Shown: one piece after another, positions 9,110 through 18,026 of the stretch | How positions within the stretch are numbered: the first letter of the stretch is position 1 | Layout of the letters: every line of letters begins with the position of its first letter | From: Candidatus Latescibacterota bacterium | Lineage (GTDB): Bacteria; Latescibacterota; UBA2968; UBA8231 | Direction of reading: 5' to 3' | Length of the DNA: 64,000 nt | Assembly: GCA_965203355.1 (NCBI GenBank) | Contig: OZ241889.1 | Coordinates: forward strand, 3,328,001-3,392,000 | Translations under genes and position numbers: made by a program | Notes under the pieces: generated by a model | Told to the model about the DNA's origin: nothing | The model's input: only the letters and a program-made list of their open reading frames with translations | Databases searched by the model: none

Positions 9110-11020
9110 CTACCGCAGCAGGATGAGCTTGCGCTTTGCGACAACCTGGTCCGTCGTCAGCCGATAGAGGTACACGCCGCTGGCCACCCGGGCCCCAGCG
9201 GCGTCCCGACCGTCCCAGTGCAGCCGGTGGTAGCCAGCCGACTGCGGCCCTTCGGACAACACCGCCACCCGTTGGCCGCTCAGCGCGAACACTTCCAGCC
9301 GCACCAGACCCGGCTCCAGCAGAAAATACGAAACAACGGTCTCGCTGTTGAACGGATTGGGTGCGTTTTGCCGCAGCTCGGTGCGGCTGGGCCGGGCCAC
9401 CCGTTTGCCGTCGAAGCCCGCGTATTCCGACGCTTGTCCCGTGGCCGTAAAGGTGAGCACCGTGTCGACATTAGCGACCGTGGCCGCCACCATGTTCGGC
9501 CCCGGCTTGGGGCCGAGCCGCAGAGAGTTTCTGGCGCGTCCCGTGGCATCGGTGGTGGCGGTGGCAGCCGACAGCGTCCCGCCGCCGGCCGCAATGGAAA
9601 AGCGGACGACCACTCCGGCCTTAGCCGAGCCGTTTTGGTCCAAGGCCGCAACGACAAACGGCTCGGCTAAGGCCGCACCCACTAGCCCTTGCTGCTCGTC
9701 GCCGGATATTTTTTTCAGGGTGGAAGGCTTCGCTCCGTTCGAGGTTGCGGCCAGCGCATTGGCCGGACTTGGGCTAACAAAGGCGCGCCCGGTTTTTTCC
9801 TCCGCTCGAAACACGACTAGGTCCTTGTCGTATTGATCTTTGACTAACCAGATGTGACCAATCAAGGTCTGTATAATGTGATGTCCGAAGGCGAGGCGGC
9901 CGCGGTATCGCTCCGCACCATTAGGCGCTAGCCAATAGTAGGTGATCGGGGCGGCCGTGTTATTTATCAAGACGATCTCTGTTTCGCCCATTTCGCTACT
10001 TAGGCTTCTTAGGCTTGAAAGCTGACTCGGATCATACAGCGTCAAATTCACCCACTTATCGCCGCCGTCGCTGGCTGGATCAAACAATTGCTTAAAACAC
10101 GCGACTAACTCCGGCGGCCATGCAAACGTTGGCGAATACTGCGGGTCAAATCCTTGCAGATGCGGCAGTTGGGTGCGCGTTGTAGCCGGTGTGTAGCGCC
10201 AGTCTGTATCGCCAAAGACCTCGGTAATCAACTCGGCCAGCACGGGGTCGTAATCTTTTAACTTGGCCCGAGTGTTAATGCCAAAGAATGCAAACTGTGC
10301 GTCGAACCAAACTTGTACCCCTTCAGCCCAGTACTCATTCTTGTTTGTAGAAGCATAAGTGCCTTTCCACAATCCCTGGGCTATGGCCGAGTCAAACGCC
10401 TCTCCCAGCCGATCATCAAAATCCGGATCGACCGTATTCAATCCATACCGATGCACGCTATGACTGAACTCGTGAATCAGAACGTTGTACCCGTCGTAGG
10501 GATCGCCCGGATAATTCAGCAAGTTTTCCTCGCCGCAACTCGATTCTCGGGTCCCCAAACCGCGCGCCCGGCGATCCCAAAAAAAACTAGGGCGGAGATA
10601 AGCGTATTCGGGAATCTGCGTTAGCATTTCGCTATATGCGATCACGGAAAAACTAGCCCTGTTTTGCACCATCGCCTGTAGCACCGCTGGGCGATGGCTC
10701 ATTAGCTGCCAAATCAGCCATGCCGCTTCTTTTACGGCGGATGGATTCACGTTCTCTGATGCTACAACCGGGAATCCTTCCACATCGATCCATTGCTGGT
10801 AAAACGACGTCAGCTCGAAAGCAGCCCGAACCGCTGGTGAAGGCGCGCGGATGAGGAAGTCTTCGCTGCTGGGGGGTGTCGTCTCGGCAAGTCGCTTGGC
10901 GGCCGGGTGCGCGAAAGGTAGGTGGCAAGCTGGCGAGGGCAACGCATAAGCCACGGCCAGCGGCCAAAGCACGCAGCCGATTAACGCAAAAAGGACCGCG
11001 CGAAAAACGGATGTTTTCAT
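9110..11020 (-). CDS. Secreted multidomain protein: zincin-like metallopeptidase, VHL beta-like domain, Ig-like domain, FlgD-type C-terminal domain
   Basis: Signal peptide from MKTSVF (11020); HEFSH..EYWAEG; INNTAAPITYYW..QT..GHIWLVKD; KISGDEQQG..TTDATG; QNAPNPFNSET..WDGRD..SGVYLYRL. Confidence 0.78.
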   Translation of the reverse strand: MKTSVFRAVLFALIGCVLWPLAVAYALPSPACHLPFAHPAAKRLAETTPPSSEDFLIRAPSPAVRAAFELTSFYQQWIDVEGFPVVASENVNPSAVKEAAWLIWQLMSHRPAVLQAMVQNRASFSVIAYSEMLTQIPEYAYLRPSFFWDRRARGLGTRESSCGEENLLNYPGDPYDGYNVLIHEFSHSVHRYGLNTVDPDFDDRLGEAFDSAIAQGLWKGTYASTNKNEYWAEGVQVWFDAQFAFFGINTRAKLKDYDPVLAELITEVFGDTDWRYTPATTRTQLPHLQGFDPQYSPTFAWPPELVACFKQLFDPASDGGDKWVNLTLYDPSQLSSLRSLSSEMGETEIVLINNTAAPITYYWLAPNGAERYRGRLAFGHHIIQTLIGHIWLVKDQYDKDLVVFRAEEKTGRAFVSPSPANALAATSNGAKPSTLKKISGDEQQGLVGAALAEPFVVAALDQNGSAKAGVVVRFSIAAGGGTLSAATATTDATGRARNSLRLGPKPGPNMVAATVANVDTVLTFTATGQASEYAGFDGKRVARPSRTELRQNAPNPFNSETVVSYFLLEPGLVRLEVFALSGQRVAVLSEGPQSAGYHRLHWDGRDAAGARVASGVYLYRLTTDQVVAKRKLILLR

Positions 11021-11112
11021 GGAATCAGTCTTCTGTGTGGGATCGGCGTTGGCATCGACCGGGGCCAAAACAAGGTCGATTTTGGTGCGGCTGTCAAAAT
11101 CGCGCCGCCGCG

Positions 11113-12006
11113 TTAAATTTTCCCGGCCGCGACAAACTCCCGCAAGAGTGCCAAGAAAGCCTCGGTCGCGGGCGCACGCCGGCGGCCCCGGTGCTCGATG
11201 AGACCTATTTGGCGTTTGGCCAATCCATGGACCGGTATGGCGCACACTTTTCCGGCGGCGACTTCTGCTTCCACGGCCACCGCTGGCACCAGCGCGACCC
11301 CCAACCCAATCTCCACATAGCGCTTGATAATCTCGATCCCGCCGAGCGTCATTTCAACCTGCAACGCCAAGCCCTCCTGCTGAAAAATCTCGTCGAGCAA
11401 ATGCCGACTCGTGCTCCCGCGCTCCAAGACCAGAAACGGATATTGGGCAAGCTGTTTGAGCCGTATCCTGCGCCTTTTGCTCAGCGCGTGGTTCCGGGGA
11501 CAAATGAGCACATCCCGCCGCGCAAAAAGCGGCGCGCTGACCAAATCGCGGTGCTTGACCGGCAAGGTCGCCAACCCGAATTCCACCTCGTCGTTGAGCA
11601 CTAGCTTGCTCACCTCCGGCGACATTCGATTGCGGATGTCCAACTCGACCGCCGGGTAGCGCGCGCGGAACTCGGCGAGCACGTTGGGCAAAACATAGGT
11701 GCAGTTGGTATCGCTCGTCCCGATGGCCAGCCGCCCCCGCAAAATCTGCTTGAGCGCCGCAATATCGTCGCGCGCCTGCTCCAGCCGGGCGAGCACCTCC
11801 TTCGCCTGAGCAAAGAGGATCTCGCCGGCGGGCGTCAGACGGAGCTGCCGCCGATTGCGCTCGAGTAGGAGCGCGTCCAGTTCGCTCTCCAATGCCTTGA
11901 TCTGAAGGCTAAGGGCCGGCTGCGTCAGAAAGAGCTTGTCGGCCGCCCGCGTAAAGCTCTGCTCGCGGACGATTTCGTAGAAACTACGCAGTTGGTAGAG
12001 GTCCAT
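11113..12006 (-). CDS. LysR family transcriptional regulator
   Basis: HTH SFTRAADKLFLTQPALSLQIKALESEL, LTPAGE, 297 aa. Confidence 0.95.
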   Translation of the reverse strand: MDLYQLRSFYEIVREQSFTRAADKLFLTQPALSLQIKALESELDALLLERNRRQLRLTPAGEILFAQAKEVLARLEQARDDIAALKQILRGRLAIGTSDTNCTYVLPNVLAEFRARYPAVELDIRNRMSPEVSKLVLNDEVEFGLATLPVKHRDLVSAPLFARRDVLICPRNHALSKRRRIRLKQLAQYPFLVLERGSTSRHLLDEIFQQEGLALQVEMTLGGIEIIKRYVEIGLGVALVPAVAVEAEVAAGKVCAIPVHGLAKRQIGLIEHRGRRRAPATEAFLALLREFVAAGKI

Positions 12007-12126
12007 TCCGAGTCTTTCATTTATAAAACTTATGCTAAGAATAAGATATATAAATTTTCATTATGCTACAATTTCGCTTATCATCAGCGGTGTCAACCTA
12101 TTCACGCTTTGCAATGGAGGTGCGTT
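12007..12126. promoter_or_regulatory. AT-rich divergent promoter region between lysR and purA-like gene
   Basis: Very AT-rich; extended -10-like TGCTACAAT at 12064-12072; GGAGG SD before ATG 12127. Confidence 0.5.
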
Positions 12127-13146
12127 ATGAGCGCCATCATCGTCGTCGACGCCTTCTGGGGCGATTCGGGTAAAGGCAAGGTCGCCGCCTTCCTCGCGCA
12201 AAAACACCAAGCGGCTTACAGCGTCCGAGCGGGAGTCGGCACTAACGCTGGGCACAGCATTCTCTTTGCCGACGGCCGCGCAATCCGCACTCAGCAGTTG
12301 CCCTGCGGCTTTCTCCATCCCCGTACGCAACTGCGCGTGGGCAGCGGCGTCGCCGTTGATCCCGAGCTGTTCTTCGCCGAACTCGACGCGCTAGACCCGA
12401 GCTATGGGCTGCGCGAGCGCACCCGCGTTGATTACCGCTGCCCACTGATTCTGCCCGAGTACCGCCAACGCGAAGCGGCCGACGTCTTTCTGCAAGAACG
12501 CGGCACCACCGCCAGCGGCAGCGGTGTCGCCCACGCTGAATTTGCCCTGCGCCAAGCGCGACAAGCCCGCGACGAGCCTACCCTCGCCGATTACACCGCC
12601 GACGTGGCCCGCGAGCTCAACGAGAGCGGCCTGCGCGGTGAAACCATCGTCGTCGAGGGCAGCCAAGGCACCCACCTGTCGCTAGCCCTGAGCGACGACT
12701 ATCCCGACTGCACCGCGGACAACTGCACCACGGCCGCCTTGGCCGATGACGTCGGACTCAACTGGCGTCATATTGAAGAAGTCTACTTGGTGGTCAAAGC
12801 ACTGCCAAGCCGCGTCGGCACCGGCCCGCTCCCCCGGCAATTGACGCCGGCCGAAGAAGACCGCCGCGGCCTGGTCGAATACGGCGTGGTGACCGGGCGA
12901 CGGCGGCGCAAAGCCGCGGGCATCTCTTGGCCCCATTTGGAAACCGCCGTCCTACTCAATGGGCCCACCCAGTTGGCTCTGACCTTCTGCGACCACCTCG
13001 ACCCGGCGGTCGCCGGGGCGCGTCAGCACCGTGCCTTGACCGCGCCCGTCCGTCAGCTCATCGACGAACTGGAGACGCGATTCAACATTCCCGTATCGCT
13101 CTGCGATTGTGGGGTACACTTCGAGCATCTCATCGAGCGTGCGTGA
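12127..13146 (+). CDS. purA: Adenylosuccinate synthetase-like protein, compact archaeal type (339 aa)
   Basis: WGDSGKGK, GVGTNAGHS, VDYRC, GTTASG, VEGSQG, EYGVVTGRRRR; several substitutions versus canonical PurA, so symbol is tentative. Confidence 0.8.
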   Translation: MSAIIVVDAFWGDSGKGKVAAFLAQKHQAAYSVRAGVGTNAGHSILFADGRAIRTQQLPCGFLHPRTQLRVGSGVAVDPELFFAELDALDPSYGLRERTRVDYRCPLILPEYRQREAADVFLQERGTTASGSGVAHAEFALRQARQARDEPTLADYTADVARELNESGLRGETIVVEGSQGTHLSLALSDDYPDCTADNCTTAALADDVGLNWRHIEEVYLVVKALPSRVGTGPLPRQLTPAEEDRRGLVEYGVVTGRRRRKAAGISWPHLETAVLLNGPTQLALTFCDHLDPAVAGARQHRALTAPVRQLIDELETRFNIPVSLCDCGVHFEHLIERA

Positions 13147-13212
13147 CCTCTCGACAGCAGCGAGTCTGCTAGCCACATTATGGGCAAACGCGCAAGCGAA
13201 AGGATTACCTCC

Positions 13213-13683
13213 ATGACTTGGCTCGTCTTCGCCCTGCTCACGGTCGCTAGCTGGGGCTGCTACGGCGTCCTGCTGCACACCGGCCAGCTCGCCATGGCCG
13301 ACCCGGTACACGGCCGCTACAAAGCCTTCCTCTTTGTCGGCTTGGCCTATCTCCTCACGGCGGTTTTCGGCTCGCTGATCGTCCTCGCCTACCACGGCGC
13401 GAGCGGGCTCTATCCGGCCAAAGGCGTCTTTTGGTCCACGGCCGCTGGCATCGCCGGGGCCATCGGCGCGTTGGGCGTCCTCCTCGCCTTCGGGGCCAAG
13501 GGGACGCCAGCCGTGGTCATGTCCATCGTCTTTGCCGGTGCTCCCATCGTCAACGCGGTCGTCGCCGTGCTATTGCATCCGCCCGCTGGCGGCTGGGCTA
13601 CCGTGCGCTGGCCCTTTGTCCTCGGCATCGTCTTAGCCGCTGTGGGGGGCTGCCTAGTGACCTTCTTCCGCCCGGGCAACTGA
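13213..13683 (+). CDS. Small multi-pass membrane protein (EamA/DMT-like half)
   Basis: About five hydrophobic segments; SWGCYG, VMSIVFAGAPIVN; SD before 13213. Confidence 0.7.
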   Translation: MTWLVFALLTVASWGCYGVLLHTGQLAMADPVHGRYKAFLFVGLAYLLTAVFGSLIVLAYHGASGLYPAKGVFWSTAAGIAGAIGALGVLLAFGAKGTPAVVMSIVFAGAPIVNAVVAVLLHPPAGGWATVRWPFVLGIVLAAVGGCLVTFFRPGN

Positions 13684-13684
13684 C

Positions 13685-14101
13685 GTGTCCGTCGAATTCC
13701 GCACCCGCCGCCGCATTGAGTGGGCCGATACCGATCCGGCCGGCATCGTCCACTTTGCCCGCTTCTTCGTCTTTATGGAAGCGGCCGAGCACGCCTGCTG
13801 GCGCAGCCTCGGCCTGAGCGTCCACAGCCAATGCAACGGCGACATCATTAGCTGGCCCCGGGTCGTCGCCGAATGCGAGTACTTCCGCCCGGTCTCCTTT
13901 GAAGAGGTCCTCGACATCCACGTACGCCTCGAAGAGCAGGGCGAGAAATCCCTCTGTTTTCGCTTCGACTTTCACTGCGGCGGCACGCACATAGCCCAAG
14001 GCCGACTCAAGATCGCCTGCTGCGTCTGCAATCCGGGCGAAGCCATCCGCGCCATCCCCATCCCGGACTTTATCACCGGCAAACTGGCGGCCTCCCCGTG
14101 A
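13685..14101 (+). CDS. Acyl-CoA thioesterase (4HBT/YbgC hot-dog family)
   Basis: WADTDPAGIVHFARFFVFMEAAE motif. Confidence 0.9.
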   Translation: MSVEFRTRRRIEWADTDPAGIVHFARFFVFMEAAEHACWRSLGLSVHSQCNGDIISWPRVVAECEYFRPVSFEEVLDIHVRLEEQGEKSLCFRFDFHCGGTHIAQGRLKIACCVCNPGEAIRAIPIPDFITGKLAASP

Positions 14102-14775
14102 ACGCAGCCCCGGCCCTGGTCGCCACTGGTGTCTGCAAGCACTTCGCCCGCGGCGGCCAGACCATCGAAGTGCTGCGCGGGGTCTCCCTGTGCGCCGCGG
14201 TGGGCCAATCCCTGGCACTCATCGGCCCGTCCGGCTCGGGCAAGAGCACCTTGCTGCACCTGCTCGGCACCCTCGAACCCCCAACCGCCGGCCAAATCGC
14301 CATCCGGGGCCAAGACCCGCTAGCCCTCCCGGAACCGCAACTCGCCCGCTTCCGCAACCAGCACATCGGCTTCGTTTTCCAAAACCACCACCTGCTGCCC
14401 CAGTATTCGGCCCTCGAAAACGCCCTAATCCCCACCCTCGCCTTTCCCCAAGCCGACCGCCGCGCCCGCGCCCGCGACCTTTTGCAGGCGGTCGGTTTAG
14501 CAGAACGCCTCGACCACCGGCCGGCCGAGCTTTCCGGCGGCGAGTGCCAGCGCGTGGCTGTGGCGCGGGCCTTGATCAACCAGCCCGGGCTCTTGCTCTG
14601 CGACGAACCGACCGGCAGCCTCGACCGCCAGACCGCCACCACCGTCGCGGACCTGCTCTTCGCGCTGCACCGCGCCGAGCCAGCGGCCCTCGTCATCGCA
14701 ACCCACGACCTGGAGCTAGCGGCGCGTTGCGACCGCCGCCTGCTCCTGCGCGAGGGAACGTGCGTCCCAGCCTAA
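14098..14775 (+). CDS. ABC transporter ATP-binding protein (LolD/MacB type)
   Basis: GPSGSGKST, IGFVFQ, LSGGECQRVA, LLCDEPTG. Confidence 0.95.
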   Translation: MNAAPALVATGVCKHFARGGQTIEVLRGVSLCAAVGQSLALIGPSGSGKSTLLHLLGTLEPPTAGQIAIRGQDPLALPEPQLARFRNQHIGFVFQNHHLLPQYSALENALIPTLAFPQADRRARARDLLQAVGLAERLDHRPAELSGGECQRVAVARALINQPGLLLCDEPTGSLDRQTATTVADLLFALHRAEPAALVIATHDLELAARCDRRLLLREGTCVPA

Positions 14776-17700
14776 TCTACTACTGGCGGGTCCACGTAGG
14801 GCTGCTGCTGGGGACCGCGGTCGCCACAACCGCCCTGACCGGGGCCCTCCTAGTCGGCGACTCCATGCGCGGCAGTTTGCGCGACTTGGCTTTGGAGCGT
14901 CTAGGCCGCATTGACTACGCGCTACTGGCCGAGCATTTCTTCCGCAGCGACTTGACCACCGAACACGCGCCGGTCATCCTCCTCAACGGCAGTGCCCGCC
15001 ACGCCGCCACCCAAGCGCTCGCCCGTGGCGTACAAATCCAAGGCATTGACGCCCGCTTTGCCGCGCTCTTTCCCGCCAGCGACCCCACCTGGCGCGCCGC
15101 CCTCAAACCAACGCCCGAGTCGCCGTTTCCCGCCCTCGTGGTCAGTGCTTCGCTGCAACGCGCCCTCGGCCTCGCACTGGGCGACGCGGTCCTGCTCTCG
15201 CTGGAACGCCCCAGCCCAACGTACCGCGAATCCCTCTTTGGCCGCCGTGCCACCGACGATCTCGTCGCCACGCTGCGCGTGGTGCTCACCGGCGTCTTGC
15301 CCGACCAAGGGGCCGGACGCTTCGGCCTGCGACCGCACCAGCACCTGCCGCTCAACGCCTACCTCGACCTCCAAACCCTCCAGCGCGCACTCGACCAACC
15401 CGATCGCGTCAACGCCCTGCTCATCGCCGCGCCCAACAGCCAGCCTCAAGACCTGCGGCACGCGCTCGTCCAGCAGCTTACGCTCGCCGATCTGGGGCTG
15501 GACCTCGCGCTGCACGCCCATTACATCGAACTCACCAGCACCCGCTTCGTCCTCGACGACTCGACCCGCGCGGCCGCTCTGGCCAGCGCGGCCGCCCTAC
15601 AGCTCAAAACCGCGACCTTTTCGACTTATCTAGCCAACGCCCTGGCCGGCAACGGTCGCCAAGTCCCCTACTCAACCGTTACCGCCCTCGACGATCCCAC
15701 CGGCCTCTACCTCACCGACGGACAGCCCGCGCCGCCCCTCGCCCCGGACGCCCTCTACCTCGACGCTTGGACGGCCCAAGAACTGGCCGCCGCCCCCGGG
15801 GACTCCATATCGCTGACCTATTACGAGGTCGGCCCGCGCCACACCCTGCGAACCGAGCAAGCCCACTTCCGGCTCCAAGGGATTGTGCAGATGCGCGGCT
15901 TAGCTATTGACCCAACCCTCACGCCCGAATATCAAGGGTTGCAGGAAGAAGGCGACATGGCGGCTTGGGACGCGCCCTTCCCCATCGATCTGGGGCAAAT
16001 CCGCCCGCAGGACGAAGCCTACTGGGACCAGTACGGAGCCGCACCCAAAGCCTTCGTCGCCGCCCATGCGGGACAGCGCCTATGGGGCAGCCGCCACGGT
16101 GCGCTGACCGCCATCCGCTTCTATGCGGCTTCGCCCGCCCAGTACGAGCCTCTGCGCCAAGATCTGCTGGCGCGCCTGTCCCCAGCGGCACCTAATTTTT
16201 CTTTGCGTCCGGTCCGCCAAGAGGCCCGGTTAGCAGCAACCGGCGCCACGGATTTCAGCGGCCTCTTCATCGGCTTCAGCCTCTTCCTCATCGCCGCGGC
16301 CGCGCTATTAGTAGTTTTGCTGTGCAAGTTCGGCCTCGAACAACGCACGGGCGAAGCCGGGCTGCTGCTCGCCACCGGCTACGCACGCGCGGCAGTGCGC
16401 CGCCGCTTCTTGGGCGAGGGCCTGATATTAGCCGCGCTGGGCGCCCTACTCGGCCTAGCGGGTGCTCCGCTCTACGCCTATTTGATGTTGGTCGGCTTGC
16501 ACACCTGGTGGCTGGAGGCTATCGGCACGCCTTTTCTCTCTCTCCACGTTAGCGGATTGAGTTTAGGCGTGGGCTATCTAGCGACCTTGCTACTGGTCTC
16601 GCTCGCACTGTGGCGCACCGGGCAGCACTTCCAGCGGCTACCCATCCGCGCCCTACTCGCCGGCCCCCTCGACACGGCACCGCGACGGCCGCGCCGCCGC
16701 AGCACCATGCTGGCCGCGCTCGGCTTGGTCCTCGCCCTGGCCTTAAGCGCCCTCGCCCGTACGGCCGACGCCGGCCCGGCCGCCGCGCTTTTCTTCGGCA
16801 GCGGCACCGCCGCCCTGTTGGCTCTGTTGGCCCTGTTCGCGGCATGGTTGCGCCCTCGGGCATCGCGCCGCCTCCGCTCCAGTTTTGGCTTAGGCCTACT
16901 CAACAGTGCCCGCAAGCCCAGCCGCAGCACCCTCTGCACATCCCTCGTTGCGGGCGCCACCTTTGTCATCGTCGCCGCCGGAGCCCACCGACACGTCGAG
17001 TGGTCAGACGATTCGGGCACGGGCGGCTTCTCGCTCGTCGCCGAGGCCGAGATTCCCCTGCACCAAAGCCTCAACAGGGCGGACGGTCGCTTTGAATTGG
17101 GGTTGTCGGCAGGCTTGGGCACCGCGCGCTTTTTTCCCTTTCGCGTCCTGCCCGGCGACGATGTGAGCTGCCTCAACCTCTACATACCCCAAACCCCGCG
17201 CGTCCTCGGCGCCCCGGCCGAATTCATCCAGCGCGGCGGCTGGTCCTTCCGCCAGACCCTCCCCCTGACGCCGGACGAGCGCGCCAATCCCTGGCGCTTG
17301 CTCCAGCGCGATTTGGGGCCGGGCGTCGTCCCAGCCATTGGCGATTTTAATTCGGCGCAGTGGATTTTGCACAAGCGTCTAGGCGACGACATTCCCATTG
17401 CCGAGGGCTTGGCCGGGCGGTTGGTCGGGCTGTTGGACGGCAGCCTGTTCCAGAGCGAGTTGCTCATTGCCGAAGATCGCTTCGCCGCGTACTTCCCGGC
17501 CCGCGAAGGCTACGGCTACTTCCTCGTCGAAACGGAACGACCAGCCGCCATCGCCGCCGCGCTCGAAAAGGGGCTAGCAGCCTACGGTCTCGACGCCACC
17601 TTGAGCGCCGAGCGCCTCCGCGGCTACCGCGCCGTTGAAAACACGTACCTCGCGACCTTTCAGACTTTGGGCTTGCTTGGCTTGCTTTTGGGGACGCTCG

Positions 17701-18020
17701 GTTTGGGGATTCTCATGCTGCGCAACGTCCTCGAGCGCCGGGGCGAGTTGGCGGCTTTGAGTGCCTGTGGCTTTCGCCGGGCCCGCCTAGGGGCGATGCT
17801 GCTCTGCGAACACGGTTTCCTCCTGCTGGCCGGCGAAGGGATCGGCAGCGTCGCCGCCCTCATCGCCGTGGCCCCCCGCGTCTTCGACCCAACCCCCTTG
17901 CCTTGGGCTTCGCTGCTCGTTTCGCTCGGCTTGGTCTTGGCCGCCGGCCTGTTGGCGTGTGCCGCCGCCAGTCACGCGGCCCTGCGCCGCCCCCTACTCG
18001 CAGCACTCAAGGCCGAGTGA
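14760..18020 (+). CDS. Large FtsX/MacB-like ABC permease
   Basis: GTG at 14760 after GAGGGA; ALLVGDSMRGSLRDL, two FtsX-type blocks (EQRTGEAGLLLATGY; ERRGELAALSACGF). Confidence 0.85.
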   Translation: MRPSLIYYWRVHVGLLLGTAVATTALTGALLVGDSMRGSLRDLALERLGRIDYALLAEHFFRSDLTTEHAPVILLNGSARHAATQALARGVQIQGIDARFAALFPASDPTWRAALKPTPESPFPALVVSASLQRALGLALGDAVLLSLERPSPTYRESLFGRRATDDLVATLRVVLTGVLPDQGAGRFGLRPHQHLPLNAYLDLQTLQRALDQPDRVNALLIAAPNSQPQDLRHALVQQLTLADLGLDLALHAHYIELTSTRFVLDDSTRAAALASAAALQLKTATFSTYLANALAGNGRQVPYSTVTALDDPTGLYLTDGQPAPPLAPDALYLDAWTAQELAAAPGDSISLTYYEVGPRHTLRTEQAHFRLQGIVQMRGLAIDPTLTPEYQGLQEEGDMAAWDAPFPIDLGQIRPQDEAYWDQYGAAPKAFVAAHAGQRLWGSRHGALTAIRFYAASPAQYEPLRQDLLARLSPAAPNFSLRPVRQEARLAATGATDFSGLFIGFSLFLIAAAALLVVLLCKFGLEQRTGEAGLLLATGYARAAVRRRFLGEGLILAALGALLGLAGAPLYAYLMLVGLHTWWLEAIGTPFLSLHVSGLSLGVGYLATLLLVSLALWRTGQHFQRLPIRALLAGPLDTAPRRPRRRSTMLAALGLVLALALSALARTADAGPAAALFFGSGTAALLALLALFAAWLRPRASRRLRSSFGLGLLNSARKPSRSTLCTSLVAGATFVIVAAGAHRHVEWSDDSGTGGFSLVAEAEIPLHQSLNRADGRFELGLSAGLGTARFFPFRVLPGDDVSCLNLYIPQTPRVLGAPAEFIQRGGWSFRQTLPLTPDERANPWRLLQRDLGPGVVPAIGDFNSAQWILHKRLGDDIPIAEGLAGRLVGLLDGSLFQSELLIAEDRFAAYFPAREGYGYFLVETERPAAIAAALEKGLAAYGLDATLSAERLRGYRAVENTYLATFQTLGLLGLLLGTLGLGILMLRNVLERRGELAALSACGFRRARLGAMLLCEHGFLLLAGEGIGSVAALIAVAPRVFDPTPLPWASLLVSLGLVLAAGLLACAAASHAALRRPLLAALKAE

Positions 18021-18026
18021 CCAACG

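Noticed and set aside
12127-13146. PurZ (2-aminoadenine DNA pathway)
   Set aside because: Catalytic Asp of GDxGKG is kept (PurZ has Ser there) and no dATPase, MazZ-like or phage genes are nearby.
14190-14759. N-terminal extension of the 1276-aa ORF
   Set aside because: Overlaps the ABC ATPase in another frame and is low-complexity Arg/Pro; real start is likely GTG 14760.
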